Shown here: piece after piece, positions 13,053 to 24,749 of the stretch | How positions within the stretch are numbered: position 1 is the stretch's first letter | Layout of the letters: each line of letters starts with the position of its first letter | Origin: Heterodontus francisci | Taxonomy: Eukaryota | NCBI RefSeq assembly: GCF_036365525.1 | Contig: NC_090395.1 | Span: 65,807,326-65,871,325, forward strand | Reading direction: 5' to 3' | Length of the DNA: 64,000 bases | Position numbers and translations under genes: made by a program | Notes under the pieces: generated by a model | Seen by the model: the letters and a program-made list of their open reading frames with translations, nothing else | Databases searched by the model: none | What the model was told of the DNA's origin: nothing

Positions 13053-13125
13053 GACCTGAACATTATTGTGAAGATTTTTCACCAACTTCAACCACATCTT
13101 CAGGATCTCCATCTGTCAGTAAAAG
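13053..13125 (+). CDS. Gene A exon: Ser/Thr/Pro-rich stalk (phase 1-2, 73 nt)
   Basis: ttgtctcaatag|GACCTGAA...AAAAG|gtaaaa; GPEHYCEDFSPTSTTSSGSPSVSK; paralogous to 41176-41296, and its phases fit both neighbouring exons. Confidence 0.85.
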
Positions 13126-13999
13126 GTAAAATATTCTCATTTATGGTGCTTTCATGAGCATTGAATTCAAATGAGAATAAATGATTAAGAGTTTTGGCAT
13201 AAGGATTTATAATCATTTGCTATTTTAGACTATAATTTATCAGAATGGAAATGGTGGCTGGCTTTACGTCATGCTGTTGTGTTAGGTTCCTAACGAAGTT
13301 ATGTTGGTGCAAAGTAAGAATAAGAAGTAAGCATCTCCAGTTTGCCACCCCTCAGATGGTGCTACTTTCATTATTCACCTTGATTGCTTCACTGCTAACC
13401 TAATCTCATGGACTTGTGCTTGCTGCTCTCCAGCGATGTCAGTTTTCCTTAACCTTCTCCCTTCTGAAGTGGCACTGACAGAAAAGTCGCATTCTCTGTC
13501 ATTTTCTTCTTCACAGTTCTCCAGTGGTGTATACATTCTTCCCAAACATAGAGGGAAGGAAGTCTGTCTGCTTCCAGTTCTCAACAATTGCCTGTTAGAA
13601 GGTGCGTAAGAACATTGTGGGATGATGCTATTCTGAGTACCCTCACTGCCTGCGGAGACATCTCATCAATGCTGCATCACACCAGACAGTGCTGCTTCCC
13701 TCAGATGGTCAGTCACTTTTATAAAGTCCCCAATTATAAAATTGAGCCTAACATTACAGCTATGCATTTTGGACATGTTAACGAACTTTGCTTAATTTGA
13801 TCTTTATCTAATTATCACAAAGTTGTCTTTCCTCCATGAGTCAAACACTAGGTTAGTTTCCCAGCTAAAGTCCCTTGGCTCTGCTGCTTCACATTAGTAC
13901 ACTATACTAAGATTACAGTGTAAACAAGAGATAAATGTTTTAAATACAAAGCAGTCTCATTTCTTCTGAATGGTTTTGTATTTCTTCTCTTTTGTTCAG

Positions 14000-14090
14000 T
14001 TACATTATCTGGAATGCGATACGCTGGGTACTCTTTGCTGTCCTGGTGACTTGTACTTTTACAGTAACAAGGTGCATGAGAAAACGCAAG
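14000..14090 (+). CDS. Gene A exon: transmembrane segment with charged Arg (activating type)
   Basis: cttttgttcag|T TAC ATT ATC TGG AAT GCG ATA CGC... reads (S)YIIWNAIRWVLFAVLVTCTFTVTRCMRKRK|gtgggg; phase-2 entry matches the stalk exon; hydrophobic run followed by basic stop-transfer residues. Confidence 0.85.
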
Positions 14091-14281
14091 GTGGGGATTA
14101 TGGACTTTATATGAATCACTGCATCAATACTTTCAAAAATATTGATCACAGATATTGTAAAGAAAAACTTGCATTTACGTAAATCCTTTCATGTCCACGA
14201 ATGAAACAAAGTATTTTACAGCCAATATGAGTTCGTTTTTAAGTGCTACTGATGTCAGCTAGGAAAACCAAATGGAAATGT

Positions 14282-14415
14282 CCTTTCATCAGGTCACAGA
14301 CCTGAAACATTAACTCTGTTTCTCTCTCCACAGATGCTGCCAGACCTGCTGAGTATATCCAGCACTTTCTGTTTTTATTTCAGGTTTCCAGCATCTGCAG
14401 TATTTTCCTTTTATT
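14282..14415. mobile_element. Penelope-like terminal-repeat fragment
   Basis: AGGTCACAGACCTGAAACATTAACTCTG...GATGCTGCCAGACCTGCTGAG; same family as 30715 and 32555 but in the opposite orientation. Confidence 0.6.
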
Positions 14416-14434
14416 TCAGGAAATAAATATTAGT

Positions 14435-14915
14435 CTTGGAAAGGGTGCAGTGTAAATTCACCAGGATGATACCTGGGCTTAAAGGGTTAAATTATAAGGA
14501 CAGATTGTATAAACTGGATTGTATTTCCTTGAGCTTGGAAGATTTGAGTTGTGAGTTGATTGAGCTATTAAAAATTATTAAGAAATTCAATATGGTAGGA
14601 ACAGAGAAACAGTTTGCTCAGTGGGGGAATCTGGTATAAGGGGGGCATAATCTAAAAATGAAAGCTAAGCCATTGAGGAGTGAAATTAGGATGCACTTTT
14701 ACACACAAAGGGTAGTGGAAATCTGGAAAATGCTCATCCTAAGATTGTGGGTGCTGGTTCAAGTGAAGGTTTCATAGCTGATATCACTATAAATTTGTCA
14801 GGTAAGAATAGCAAAGGATATAGATCAATGGCAGGTATACCGAGTTGAACTACAGATCAACCATGATCTAATTGAGTGGTGCAGTCAAATAGGCTACTCC
14901 TCTTGTGATATTCCT
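14435..14915 (+). mobile_element. CR1 LINE 3' fragment
   Basis: LERVQCKFTRMIPGLKGLNYKDRL...; CR1-type 3' end. Confidence 0.75.
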
Positions 14916-15469
14916 TTCTAACTTCTCCATTACAGAACCCTCCTGGCAAGCAGTCCATTGTTGTAAGATAGTTGCTACAAGAAAAGGAAGGGAGGAAATA
15001 GGAAAGGCTAACAGATGCTTTACTGCACAGCAGCAGGGACAATTGTTTTCAGACGAGAACGCAGATGCCTCAAATTTATCCACTCGAGCACCAAGAGGCT
15101 CAGACACTGACCCGATGCTATTGTTGCTGGAAACCACGACTGGATGTTTAAAATGTATTTAATAAAGTAGCCAACTCAATCTTTTCCTGTTATCAAATGC
15201 CCACCATCACAGCGCAGGGAAACATGTGTTTCCTGTGAGTGAATACGTGTTAACCTGTCTTAAAGAGTGACACAACTGGCAGCTTTTCCCAGCACACACG
15301 CAATGGGTGATGGGGGAGGGAGGAGAGTGATCTCAACACAGCTCCAGTCCATCACAAGCTTTTCCTCAATTTGTTGCTAGTTCCAAAATTCTGTTCAGAA
15401 CTGACATGTAAAATAATGCATCGTTCACAATCTCAATGAATCTGATGTCTTAAGTATTTTCTTTTTCAG

Positions 15470-15517
15470 TCACTCGCTGAATCAGATGGTCACAGTTTGA
15501 TCAAGGTGGTAAAATGA
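15470..15517 (+). CDS. Gene A probable terminal exon: short Tyr-free cytoplasmic tail
   Basis: ttttctttttcag|TCA CTC GCT...AAA TGA reads SLAESDGHSLIKVVK* in phase 0, matching the TM exon donor; AATAAA at 15614-15619. Alternative: read-through of the weak donor gives VGIMDFI* ending at 14114. Confidence 0.6.
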   Translation, partial: SLAESDGHSLIKVVK

Positions 15518-17966
15518 AGATTGCCTGGTTACATCTACGTTGATGGAATTTTGAATCCTGATTAAATATTCATTATTCATCCAGCTTTGAACATTTTCTT
15601 TCCAACTATACGAAATAAAATGGATTTTCTCATTAAATTAGTGGAGGAAGAATCAAAAACCAAAACGATGGCTGCGACTTTCAAGTCTCTCTGTCTACAC
15701 CTTGGTAATAATATACATCTGTGTGCCCACTTCCTGTCTACATAACTAGGCTTCTTGTTTTATATTTTTGTCATAATTTTTGTGTCAATTGTTAAGCCTG
15801 AAAATATCACAACTACATGAACAATGTTCTGTAAGAAATAGGCAACTTGAATTATTCATTCGCTGGAAACCAATAATATGTTGCATCTTTCCATGGGATT
15901 GAACTCTAGTGAAGATATTGCAAAAAGTATAACTGCAGTTTCAAGAATGAAGCCTGATCCCCTGTTTGACCACCATCTTACTGGACCCCTCCACTGCCTC
16001 TGTGCTGTCACAGCACTTGGATGAGCCAAAATATCTACCAATTCAACATTGTGAAGACTGAAGCCCCCCCGAATCTCGTGGCGGGGGTGGGCTTTCCGTC
16101 CCCCGCAATGGCGTCAGCTGCCTGTGCGCAGGCACTGCCGCCATTTTTAAAGGGCAGCCAGCCTTGCCGCCCAATTTAAATTTTTTAAGTCCTACCCCCA
16201 AAATTAAATTAATACATTTCTAACACCCCTTTCCCACCCTCTAATAACAATTACAATAAATTATTTCCCCTTCCCCCCACAAAACACTTACCTTTTATAT
16301 CTGACCTTCCCCGCCCCCCCACCCCAAACTGCATAAAGTTTAAGGTTTAACCCTTCCCACCATCCCCTACACCCATTACGTATATTTGACTATGTTCACA
16401 CGCCAAAATTCTTTCAGCAAATTCTGGGCGGTTATGTTTTCAGCAATAGTACACAAAATAAATCCTGTCAGGATGATTCACTATCAAGCACAGCCTGCTC
16501 GGTCACACCTTCCAAGATGTCAACAACCATATCTGCAGACCCCACCTGGCAGCAATTGTCTACAGGTCATCAAAGAGGCAGATGTAGAGCTGTGCCCTCT
16601 GTTGCACGGACACCGAGAGCTAATAAGCAGCATAAATCTGGAAAAGGCAGTGATGATAATGGTCAGCTGTAACCTCCATTCTGAAGATACATGAAGAGTG
16701 GAATTGTCTGAGAGGCCCTGCCACCATCCATTAATGTGAATAAATAGGATATTGTGGGTAACGCAGCCGGCGACATTCGCCATCCCACTGATGGTTTGGG
16801 GCAACTGCCCGTTAAGGACAAGTCCTGGGAAGGCTTTTTACGAGAAGGGCAGAAATCCCAGAGTCAGGCTAATCTACATATTGCGAGCAGATCACTGTAT
16901 CAATCCAGAGCAAATGGGATGTATATCCTACTGGGGGAGGAATTTTGCGGCAGGACCTTGTCCTGCAATTGTTCATCTCAGTGGAATGGATATTTAAAAT
17001 CTGCCGACAGCACGTCTACCAGGATATGGTTTTAAGACAATCCTATGTCACTGTACAATCTCAGACTATTTGGTCAGATATTCCTTCATGTTGTTATTAA
17101 ACTCTGTATTAACTGCTTCAGCTGTGAATCTAAATTGCATACTCAGTACTTTGTGGGAAGGAGAGGACATTGAATCGTCCTGTCAATCTCAACAATTGCA
17201 TGAGGTTTATTTTTAAATTTGTGTTCTAGCTCAGGTGTTTTCAACCAGGGGCCTGCAAAAAGATTTCAAGGCAGTTAAGACTTGCACAACCTAAAGTTGG
17301 TGATTAATATCAGTGATCAGACCCAGAATGTGCTGCCACCCAGTGGCTCCCAAAGAAACTGCGGCTGTAATGATCTCACACAGTTTCAGTCTCCGGTTTA
17401 TTCACTTTAACAGAGTCCCCGAGTGTTCCTCACCCTGAACCACACAGGGGTCCTCGGACAATTCCCCTTCAGTTGGCGACCTATATGATTGAGCCTGATG
17501 AACAAGGAGAAGCAGATTAAACTGACGCTCAGATTCATCCATTTATATTGTCTTGCTTGATGTCGCACTTGATACTTTTGGCCTTGACTACAAGATGACC
17601 GACACAGAGCATTGGGAATTACAGTCAGGGGGTGATGACAATCTCTTCCACACAACTGTTCAATCTCCCGAATATAACGAAAAACAGAACAAGGGCCTGC
17701 AACTCAGTGGCCCCATAGAATCAACAGTAAACACAATATGATGCTCACCATAGCTCCACACAAAGGAAGGGAACATGTTGATGGAGAGTAAAGCAAGAAT
17801 TCAAACTTCTCAGATTGCTCTCGAAACTGTAATGATTAAAGAGACCAAAAGACTCGTTTAGAGCCAGACACTGCAGTACCAGAGCAGAATAGGAGAGGGA
17901 CAACTGAGAGATCAATTATCTCAGTAAATCAGGGTCAAGAAACAAATACAGGGTCCAAAAAATATA

Positions 17967-18063
17967 GGGGAGGCAGTGGCGTAGTGGTATTGTCACTGGA
18001 CTAGTAACCCAGAGACCCAGGGTATTGCTCTGGGGAGATGGATTCAAATCCCACCACAGCAGA
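17967..18063 (+). promoter_or_regulatory. tRNA-derived Pol III internal promoter (A and B boxes) at the LINE 5' end
   Basis: A box TGGCGTAGTGG; anticodon-like stem-loop CTGGA-CTAGTAA-CCCAG; extra hairpin CCCAGGG-TATTG-CTCTGGG; B box GATTCAAATCC. Confidence 0.7.
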
Positions 18064-21035
18064 AGGTGAAATTTGAATTCAATTAATAAATCTGGAATTA
18101 AAAGCTAGTCTAATGATTGTCGATTGTTGTAAAAACCCATCTGGTCCTTACCTGGTCTGACCTACATGTGACTCCAGACCCTCAGTAATGTGGTTGACTC
18201 TTACATGCCCTCTGAAATAGCAAGCCACTCAGTTGTATCTAACTGCTACAAAGTCAATAAAAAGGAATGAAACCGGACAGACCACCCGGAATCGACCTAT
18301 GCACTGGAAACGACAACAGCAAACCCAGCCCTGTCGACCCTGCAAAGTCCTCCTTACTAACATCTGGGGGCTTGTGCCAAAGTTGGGAGAGCTGTCCCAC
18401 AGACTAGTCAAGCAACAGCCTGACATAGTCATACTCATGGTATCATACCTTACAGACAATGTCCCAGAGACTGCCATCACCATCCCCGGGTATGTCCTGT
18501 CCCACCGGCAGGACAGACCCACCAGAGGTGGTGGTACAGTGGTATACAGTAGGGAGGGAATTGCCCTGGGAGTCCTCAACATCGACTCTGGACCCAATGA
18601 AGTCTCATGGCATCAGGTCAAACATGGACAAGGAAACCTCCTGTTGATTACCACCTACTGCCCTCCCTCAGCTGATGAGTCAGTACTCCTCCATGTTGAA
18701 CAGCACTTGGAGGAAGCACTGAGGGTGGCGAGGGCACAAAATATACTCTGGGTGGGGTACTTCAATGACCATCACCAAGAGTGGCTCGGTAGCACCACTA
18801 CTGACCGAGCTGGCCGAGTCCTAAAGGACATAGCTGCTAGACTGGGTATACAGCAGGTGGTGAGGGAACCAAGAGGGGAAAACATACCTAACCTCGTCCT
18901 CACCAATCCGCCTGCCGCAGATGCATCTGTCCATGACAGTATTGGTAGGACTGACCACCTCACAGTCCTTGTGGAGACGAAGTCCCGCCTTCACATTGAG
19001 GATATCCTCCATCGTGTTGTGTGGCACTATCACCGTGCTAAATGGGATTTTGAACAGATCTAGCAATGCAAAGCTGGGCAGCCATGAGGCGCTGTGGGCC
19101 ATCAGCAGCAGCAGAATTGTACTCAACCACAGTCTGTAACCTCATGGCCTGGCATATCCCCCACTCTACCATTACCATCAAGCCAGGAGACCAACCCTGG
19201 TTCAATGAAGAGTGCAGGAGGGCATGCCAGGAGCAGCACCAGGCATATCTCAAAATGAGGTGTCAACCTGGTGAAGCTACAACACAGGACTATCTGCGTA
19301 CCAAACTGCGTAAGCAGCATGCAATAGACAGAGCTAAGTGATCCCATAACCAACGGATCAGATCTAAGCTCTGCAGTCCTGCCACATCCAGCCGTGAATG
19401 GTGGTGGACAATTAAACAAATAACTGGAGGAGGTGGTTCCACAAATATCCCCATCCTCAATGATGGGGGAGCCCAGCACATCAGTGTGAAAGATAAGGCT
19501 GAAGCATTTGCAACAATCTTCAGCCAGAAGTGCCGGGTTGATGATCCATCTCGGCCTCCTCCCGAAGTCCCCAGCATCACAGTTGCCAGACTTCAGCCAA
19601 TTCGATTCACTCCGTGTGATATCAAGAAACGACTGAAGGCACTGGATACTGCAAAAGCTATGGGCCCTGACAATATTCCGGCAATAGTACTGAAGACCTG
19701 TGCTCCAGAACTTGCCGCGCCCCTAGTCAAGCTGTTCCAGTACAGCTACAACACTGGCATCTACCCTGCAATGTGGAAAATTGCCCAGGTATGTCCTGTA
19801 CACAAAAAGCAGGACAAGTCCAACCCGGCCAATTACCGCCCCATCAGCCTACTCTCAATCATCAGTAAAGTGATAGAAGGTGTCATCAACACTGCCATCA
19901 AGCGGCACTTGCTTAGCAATAACCTGATCAGTGATGCTCAGTTTGGGTTCCGCCAGGGCCACTCAGCTCCTGACCTCATTACAGCCTTGGTTCAAACATG
20001 GACAAAAGAGCTGTACTCAAGAGGTGAGGTGAGAGTGACTGCCCTTGACATCAAGGCAGCATTTGACCGAGTATGGCATCAAGGAGCCCTAGCAAAACTG
20101 TCAATGTGAATCAGGGGGAAAACCCTCCGCTGGCTGGAGTCATACCTAGCGCAAAGGAAGATGGTTGTGGTTGTTGGAGGTCAATCATCTGAGCTCCAGG
20201 ACATCACTGCAGGAGTTCCTCAGGGTAGTGTCCTAGGCCCAACCATCTTCAGCTGCTTCATCAATGACCTTCCTTCAGTCATAAGGTCAGAAGTGGGGAT
20301 GTTCGCTGATGATTGCACAATGTTCAGCACCATTCGTGACTCCTCAGATACTGAAGCAGTCCGTGTAGAAATGCAGCAAGACCGGGACAATATCTAGGCT
20401 TGGACTGATAAGTTGCAAGTAACATTCGCGCCACACAAGTGCCAGGCAATGACCATCTCCAACAAGACAGAATCTAACCATCTCCCCTTGACATTCAACG
20501 GCATTGCCATTGCTGAATCCCCCACTATCAACATCCTAGGGGCTACCATTGACCAGAAACTGAACTGGATTAGCCGTATAAATACCGTGGCTACAAGAGC
20601 AGGTCAGAGGCTAGGAATCCTGAGGCGAGTAACTCACCTCCTGACTCCCCAAAACCTGTCCACCATCTACAAGGCACAAATCAGGAGTGTGATGGAATAA
20701 TCTCCACTTGCCTGGATGGGTGCAGCTCCAACAACACTCAAAAAGCTCGACACCATCCAGAACAAAGCAGCCCGCTTGATTGTTTGCATCCACAAACATT
20801 CACTCCCTCCACCACGGACACACAGTGGCAGCAGTGTGTACCATCTACAAGATCCACTGCAGCAATGCACCAAGGCTCCTTAGACAGCACCTTCCAAACC
20901 CATGACCTCTATCAACTAGAAGGACAAGGGCAGCAAATGCATGGGAACACCACCACCTGCAAGTTCCCCTCCAAGTCACACACCATCCTGACTTGGAACT
21001 ATATTGCCATTCCTTCACTGTTGCTGGGTCAAAAT

Positions 21036-21384
21036 TTGTTTATTTTATTTATTTAGAGATACAGCACTGAAACAGGCCTTTCAGCCCACTGAGTCTGTGC
21101 CAACCAACAACCACCCATTTATACTAATCCTACATTAATCCCATATTCCCTACTACATCCCCACCATTCTCCTACCACCTACCTACACGAGGAGCAATTT
21201 ACAATGGCCAATTTACCTGTCAACCTGCAAGTCTTTGGCTGTGGGAGGAAACCAGAGCACCCAGCGGAAGCCCACACGGTCACAGGGAGAACTTGCAAAC
21301 TCCGCACAGGCAGTACCCAGAACTGAACCCAGGTCGCTGGAGCTGTGAGGCTGCCGTGCTAACCACTGCGCCACTGTGCCACCC
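21036..21384 (-). mobile_element. HE1/V-SINE-like SINE inserted in the LINE 3' region
   Basis: Full tRNA head to tail; flanked by CAAAAT direct repeats (21030-21035 and 21385-21390) that split the LINE sequence GGGTCAAAATCCTGG. Confidence 0.9.
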
Positions 21385-21600
21385 CAAAATCCTGGAACTC
21401 CCTTCCCAACAGCACTGTGGGTATACCTACCCCAAATGGACTGCAGCGGTTCAAGAAGGCGGCTCACCACCACCTTTTCAAGGGCAATTAGAGATGGACA
21501 ATAAATGCTGGCCTGGCCAGTGCCACCCACATCCCATGAATGATTAAAAAAAAAGATAAGGATTCCAAACGTTATCCCTGACATAGAGACTCGAATGACC

Positions 21601-22930
21601 TTCTTCTTTGGCCTCCTTGACTCGGGAGACAATGGGTAAGCGCCTGGAGGTGGTCAGTGGTTTGTGGAGCAGCGCCTGGAGTGGCTATAAAGGCCAATTC
21701 TGGAGTGACAGGCTCTTCCACAGGTGCTGCAGAAAAATTTGTTTGTCGGGGCTGTTACACAGTTGGCTCTCCCCTTGCGCTTTTGTCTTTTTTCCTGCCA
21801 ACTGCTAAGTCTCTTCGACTCGCCACACTTTAGCCCCGCTTTAATGAGTTCACGCCAGCTCTGGCGAACGCTGGCAACTGACTCCCACGACTTGTGATCA
21901 ATGTCACAGGACTTCATGTCGCGTTTGCAGACGTCTTTGAAGCGGAGACATGGACGGCTGGTGGGTCTGATACCAGTGGCGAGCTCGCTGAACAATGTAT
22001 TTTTGTGGATCCTGCCATCTTCCATGCGGCTCACATGGCCAAGCCATCTCAAGCGCCGCTGGCTCAGTAGGGTGTATAAGCTGGGGATGTTGGCCGCCTC
22101 GAGGACTTCTGTGTTGGAGATACGGTCCTGCCACCTGATGCCAAATATTCTCCGGAAGCAGCGAAGATGGAATGAATTGAGACGCCGCTCTTGGCTGACA
22201 TACGTTGTCCAGGCCTCGCTGCCATAGAGCAAGGTACTGAGGACACAGGCTTGATACACTCGGACCTTTGTGTTCCGTGTCAGTGTGCCATTTTTCCACA
22301 CTCTCTTGGCCTGTCTGGACATAGCAGTGGAAGCCTTTCCCATGCGCTTGTTGATTTCTGTATCTAGAGACAGGTTACTGGTGATAGTTGAGCCTAGGTA
22401 GGTGAACTCTTGAACCACTTCCAGAGCGTAGTCGCCAATATTGATGGATGGAGCATTTCTGACGTCCTGCCCCATGATGTTTGATTTCTTGAGGCTGATG
22501 GTTAGGCCAAATTCATTGCAGGCAGCCGCAAACCTGTCGATGAGACTCTGCAGGCACTCTTCAGTTTGAGATGTTAAAGCAGCATCGTCAGCAAAGAGGA
22601 GTTCCCTGATGAGGACTTTCCGTACTTTGGACTTCACTCTTAGATGGGCAAGGTTGAACAACCTGCCACCAGATCTTGTGTGGAGGAAAACTCCTTCTTC
22701 AGAAGACTTGAACGCATGTGAAAGCAGCAGGGAGAAGAAAATCCCAAAAAGTGTGGGTGCGAGAACACAGCCCTGTTTCACGCCACTCAGGATAGGAAAG
22801 GGGTCTGATGAGGTGCCGCCATGTTGAATTGTGCCTTTCATATTGTCATGGAATGAGGTGATGATACTTAGTAGCTTTAGTGGACATCCAATCTTTTCTA
22901 GTAGACTGAAGAGACCACGTCTGCTGACCA
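21601..22930 (-). mobile_element. RTE-clade (BovB-like) LINE, 5'-truncated
   Basis: ORF 21654-22841 (395 aa) has GVKQGCVLAPTLF, LLFADD, FTYLGS, RRLRWLGHV and a C-terminal C2H2-like CSTCGRACHSRIGLYSH; AAG-rich tail. Confidence 0.93.
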
Positions 22931-23299
22931 GACTGCAGAGAAATTAGGTGCATGTTTAGAGTCAAGGGTTACAAACCCAAATGTATCCAAGGTGCCCACT
23001 GGAATTTACTCAGCAAATCAGAGCCGTTTCTCAGTACATAACACTGGGATGGTTCTTCCTAGTTGAGTATCCAGGTAATGCCTCCCGCGGATTTCCTCCC
23101 AAGTCTCAGAAATTCAACTTCAGCCACAAGATGTGTCACTGTCTTCAGTGCGGTGGGTGTGGTTACACAGGGCCAATGGGAGCGACTTGCCTCCTTTGAT
23201 GTTTAAATCCAGTGTCATTTACCAGGCTTACTCAGCACCAACTAGGACAGGGGAAATACACGGCCCTGTGTCAGGGGCTTTAGCAGAGGTATAGGGTCA

Positions 23300-24695
23300 T
23301 AGAGTCATTTACAGCACTGAAGAAGTCCATTCAGCCCATAGGATCATAAAAGCTTTATGGCATAGAAATAGGCCACTTGGCCCATCGTGTCTGTGCCGGC
23401 TGAAAAAGATCCACCTAATCTAATCCCACCTTCCAGCATTTGTTCCGTAGCCCTGCAGATTACGGCATTTGAGGTGCATATACAGCCTCCTTTTGAATGA
23501 GTTGAGGATTTCTGCCTCAACTACCCTTTCAGGCATTGAGTTCAAGGCCCCTAGCACTCTCTGGGTGAAAAAGTCTTTTCTCATCTCTCTTCTAATCTTT
23601 CTACCAATCACGTTAAATCTATGTCCCCTAGTCACTGGCCTCTCTGTTAAGGTAAATGGGCCCTTCACCTCCACTCTATCCAGGCCCTCACAGTTTTGTA
23701 CATTTCAATCAGATCTCCCCTCAGCCTTCTCTGTTCCAGGGAGCCCAACCCCAGCCTATCCAATCTTTCCTCATAGCTGCATTTTCCCAGTCCCTGCAAC
23801 ATGCTCATAAATCTCCTCTGAGCCCTCTCTAATTCAATTACATCCTTTCTGTAATGAGGTGACCAGAACTGCACATAGAGTCCATGCCAGATCGCCAAGG
23901 AGCTATTCAGTCAGTTCCACTTCCCCGCTCGATCACTGTAGCCCTGCAAGTCTATTTCCTTCAAATGGCCATCCAATTTCCTTTTGAAGTCATTGATTGT
24001 CTTCGCTTCCACCATCCTTGTGGGCAGCGAGTTCCAGATCATTATTACCCGCTGCATAAAAAAGTTCGTCGTCATCGACCTCCTGCATCTGTTGCCCAAA
24101 GCCTTCAATCTGTGTCCCCTAGTTCTTGTACCATTAATTAATGGGAACAGTTTCTCCTTGTCTAATGTATCTAAGCCTGTCATAATCTTGTATGCTTCCA
24201 TTAAATCGCCCCTCAATCTCAACCCCAGCTCCTCCAACCTAACGTTGTAGATATAATCTCTCATCCCTGGAACCTGGTAAATCTCCTTTGCATCATCTCA
24301 AGGACCCTCACGTCCTTCCTGAGGTGCAGTGACCAGAACTGGATGTAAAACTCCGGTTGGGGCCTAACCAGAGCTTTATAAAGGTTCAGCGTAACTCCCT
24401 TGCTTTTGTACTCAATGCCTCTATTTATGAAGCCCAAGATCCCATATGCTTTGCTAACCACATTCTCAATATGTCCGGCCACCTTCAAAGATCGATGCAC
24501 ATGCACCCCCAGGTCCCTCTGTTCCTGCACACTCTTTAAAACTGTGCCATTAAGTATATATTGCCTCTCTATAATCCTTCTGCCAAAATGCATCACCTAA
24601 CACTTGTCAGTGTTAAATTCCATCTGCTACTTCTCTGCCCATTCTGCTAGCCTATCTATGTCCTGGTGCAGGCGGTTCATATCATCCTCACCTTG
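23300..24695 (-). mobile_element. Cluster of nested CR1 3' fragments
   Basis: Several minus-strand ORFs with CR1 C-terminal motifs (QFWSPHYRKD, RLRGDLIE, TRGHR, FFTQRV). Confidence 0.8.
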
Positions 24696-24749
24696 GGGAT
24701 TGATTCTCCCTCCCAGTTAATTGATCACAGTTTGCTTTACCCAACTTTC

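Larger units (their letters stand above)
17967..21554 (+). mobile_element. Full-length single-ORF LINE (EN+RT, family B) with tRNA-derived 5' head; disrupted by stops/frameshifts and an HE1 SINE insertion
   Basis: tRNA-like head at 17967-18063; EN motifs LLTNIWGL, PDIVIL, YFNDHH, GRTDH (18233-19063); RT motifs KAMGPDNIP, NYRPISLLS, QFGFR, LDIKAAFDRVWH, GVPQGSVLGP, MFADD; 3' tail and A-run ending at 21554. Confidence 0.9.

Noticed and set aside
17967-18063. Possible genuine tRNA gene (AGT anticodon)
   Set aside because: The acceptor stem does not pair well, there is an abnormal extra hairpin, and it is fused to a retroelement. The other tRNA-like heads in the window are likewise SINEs.
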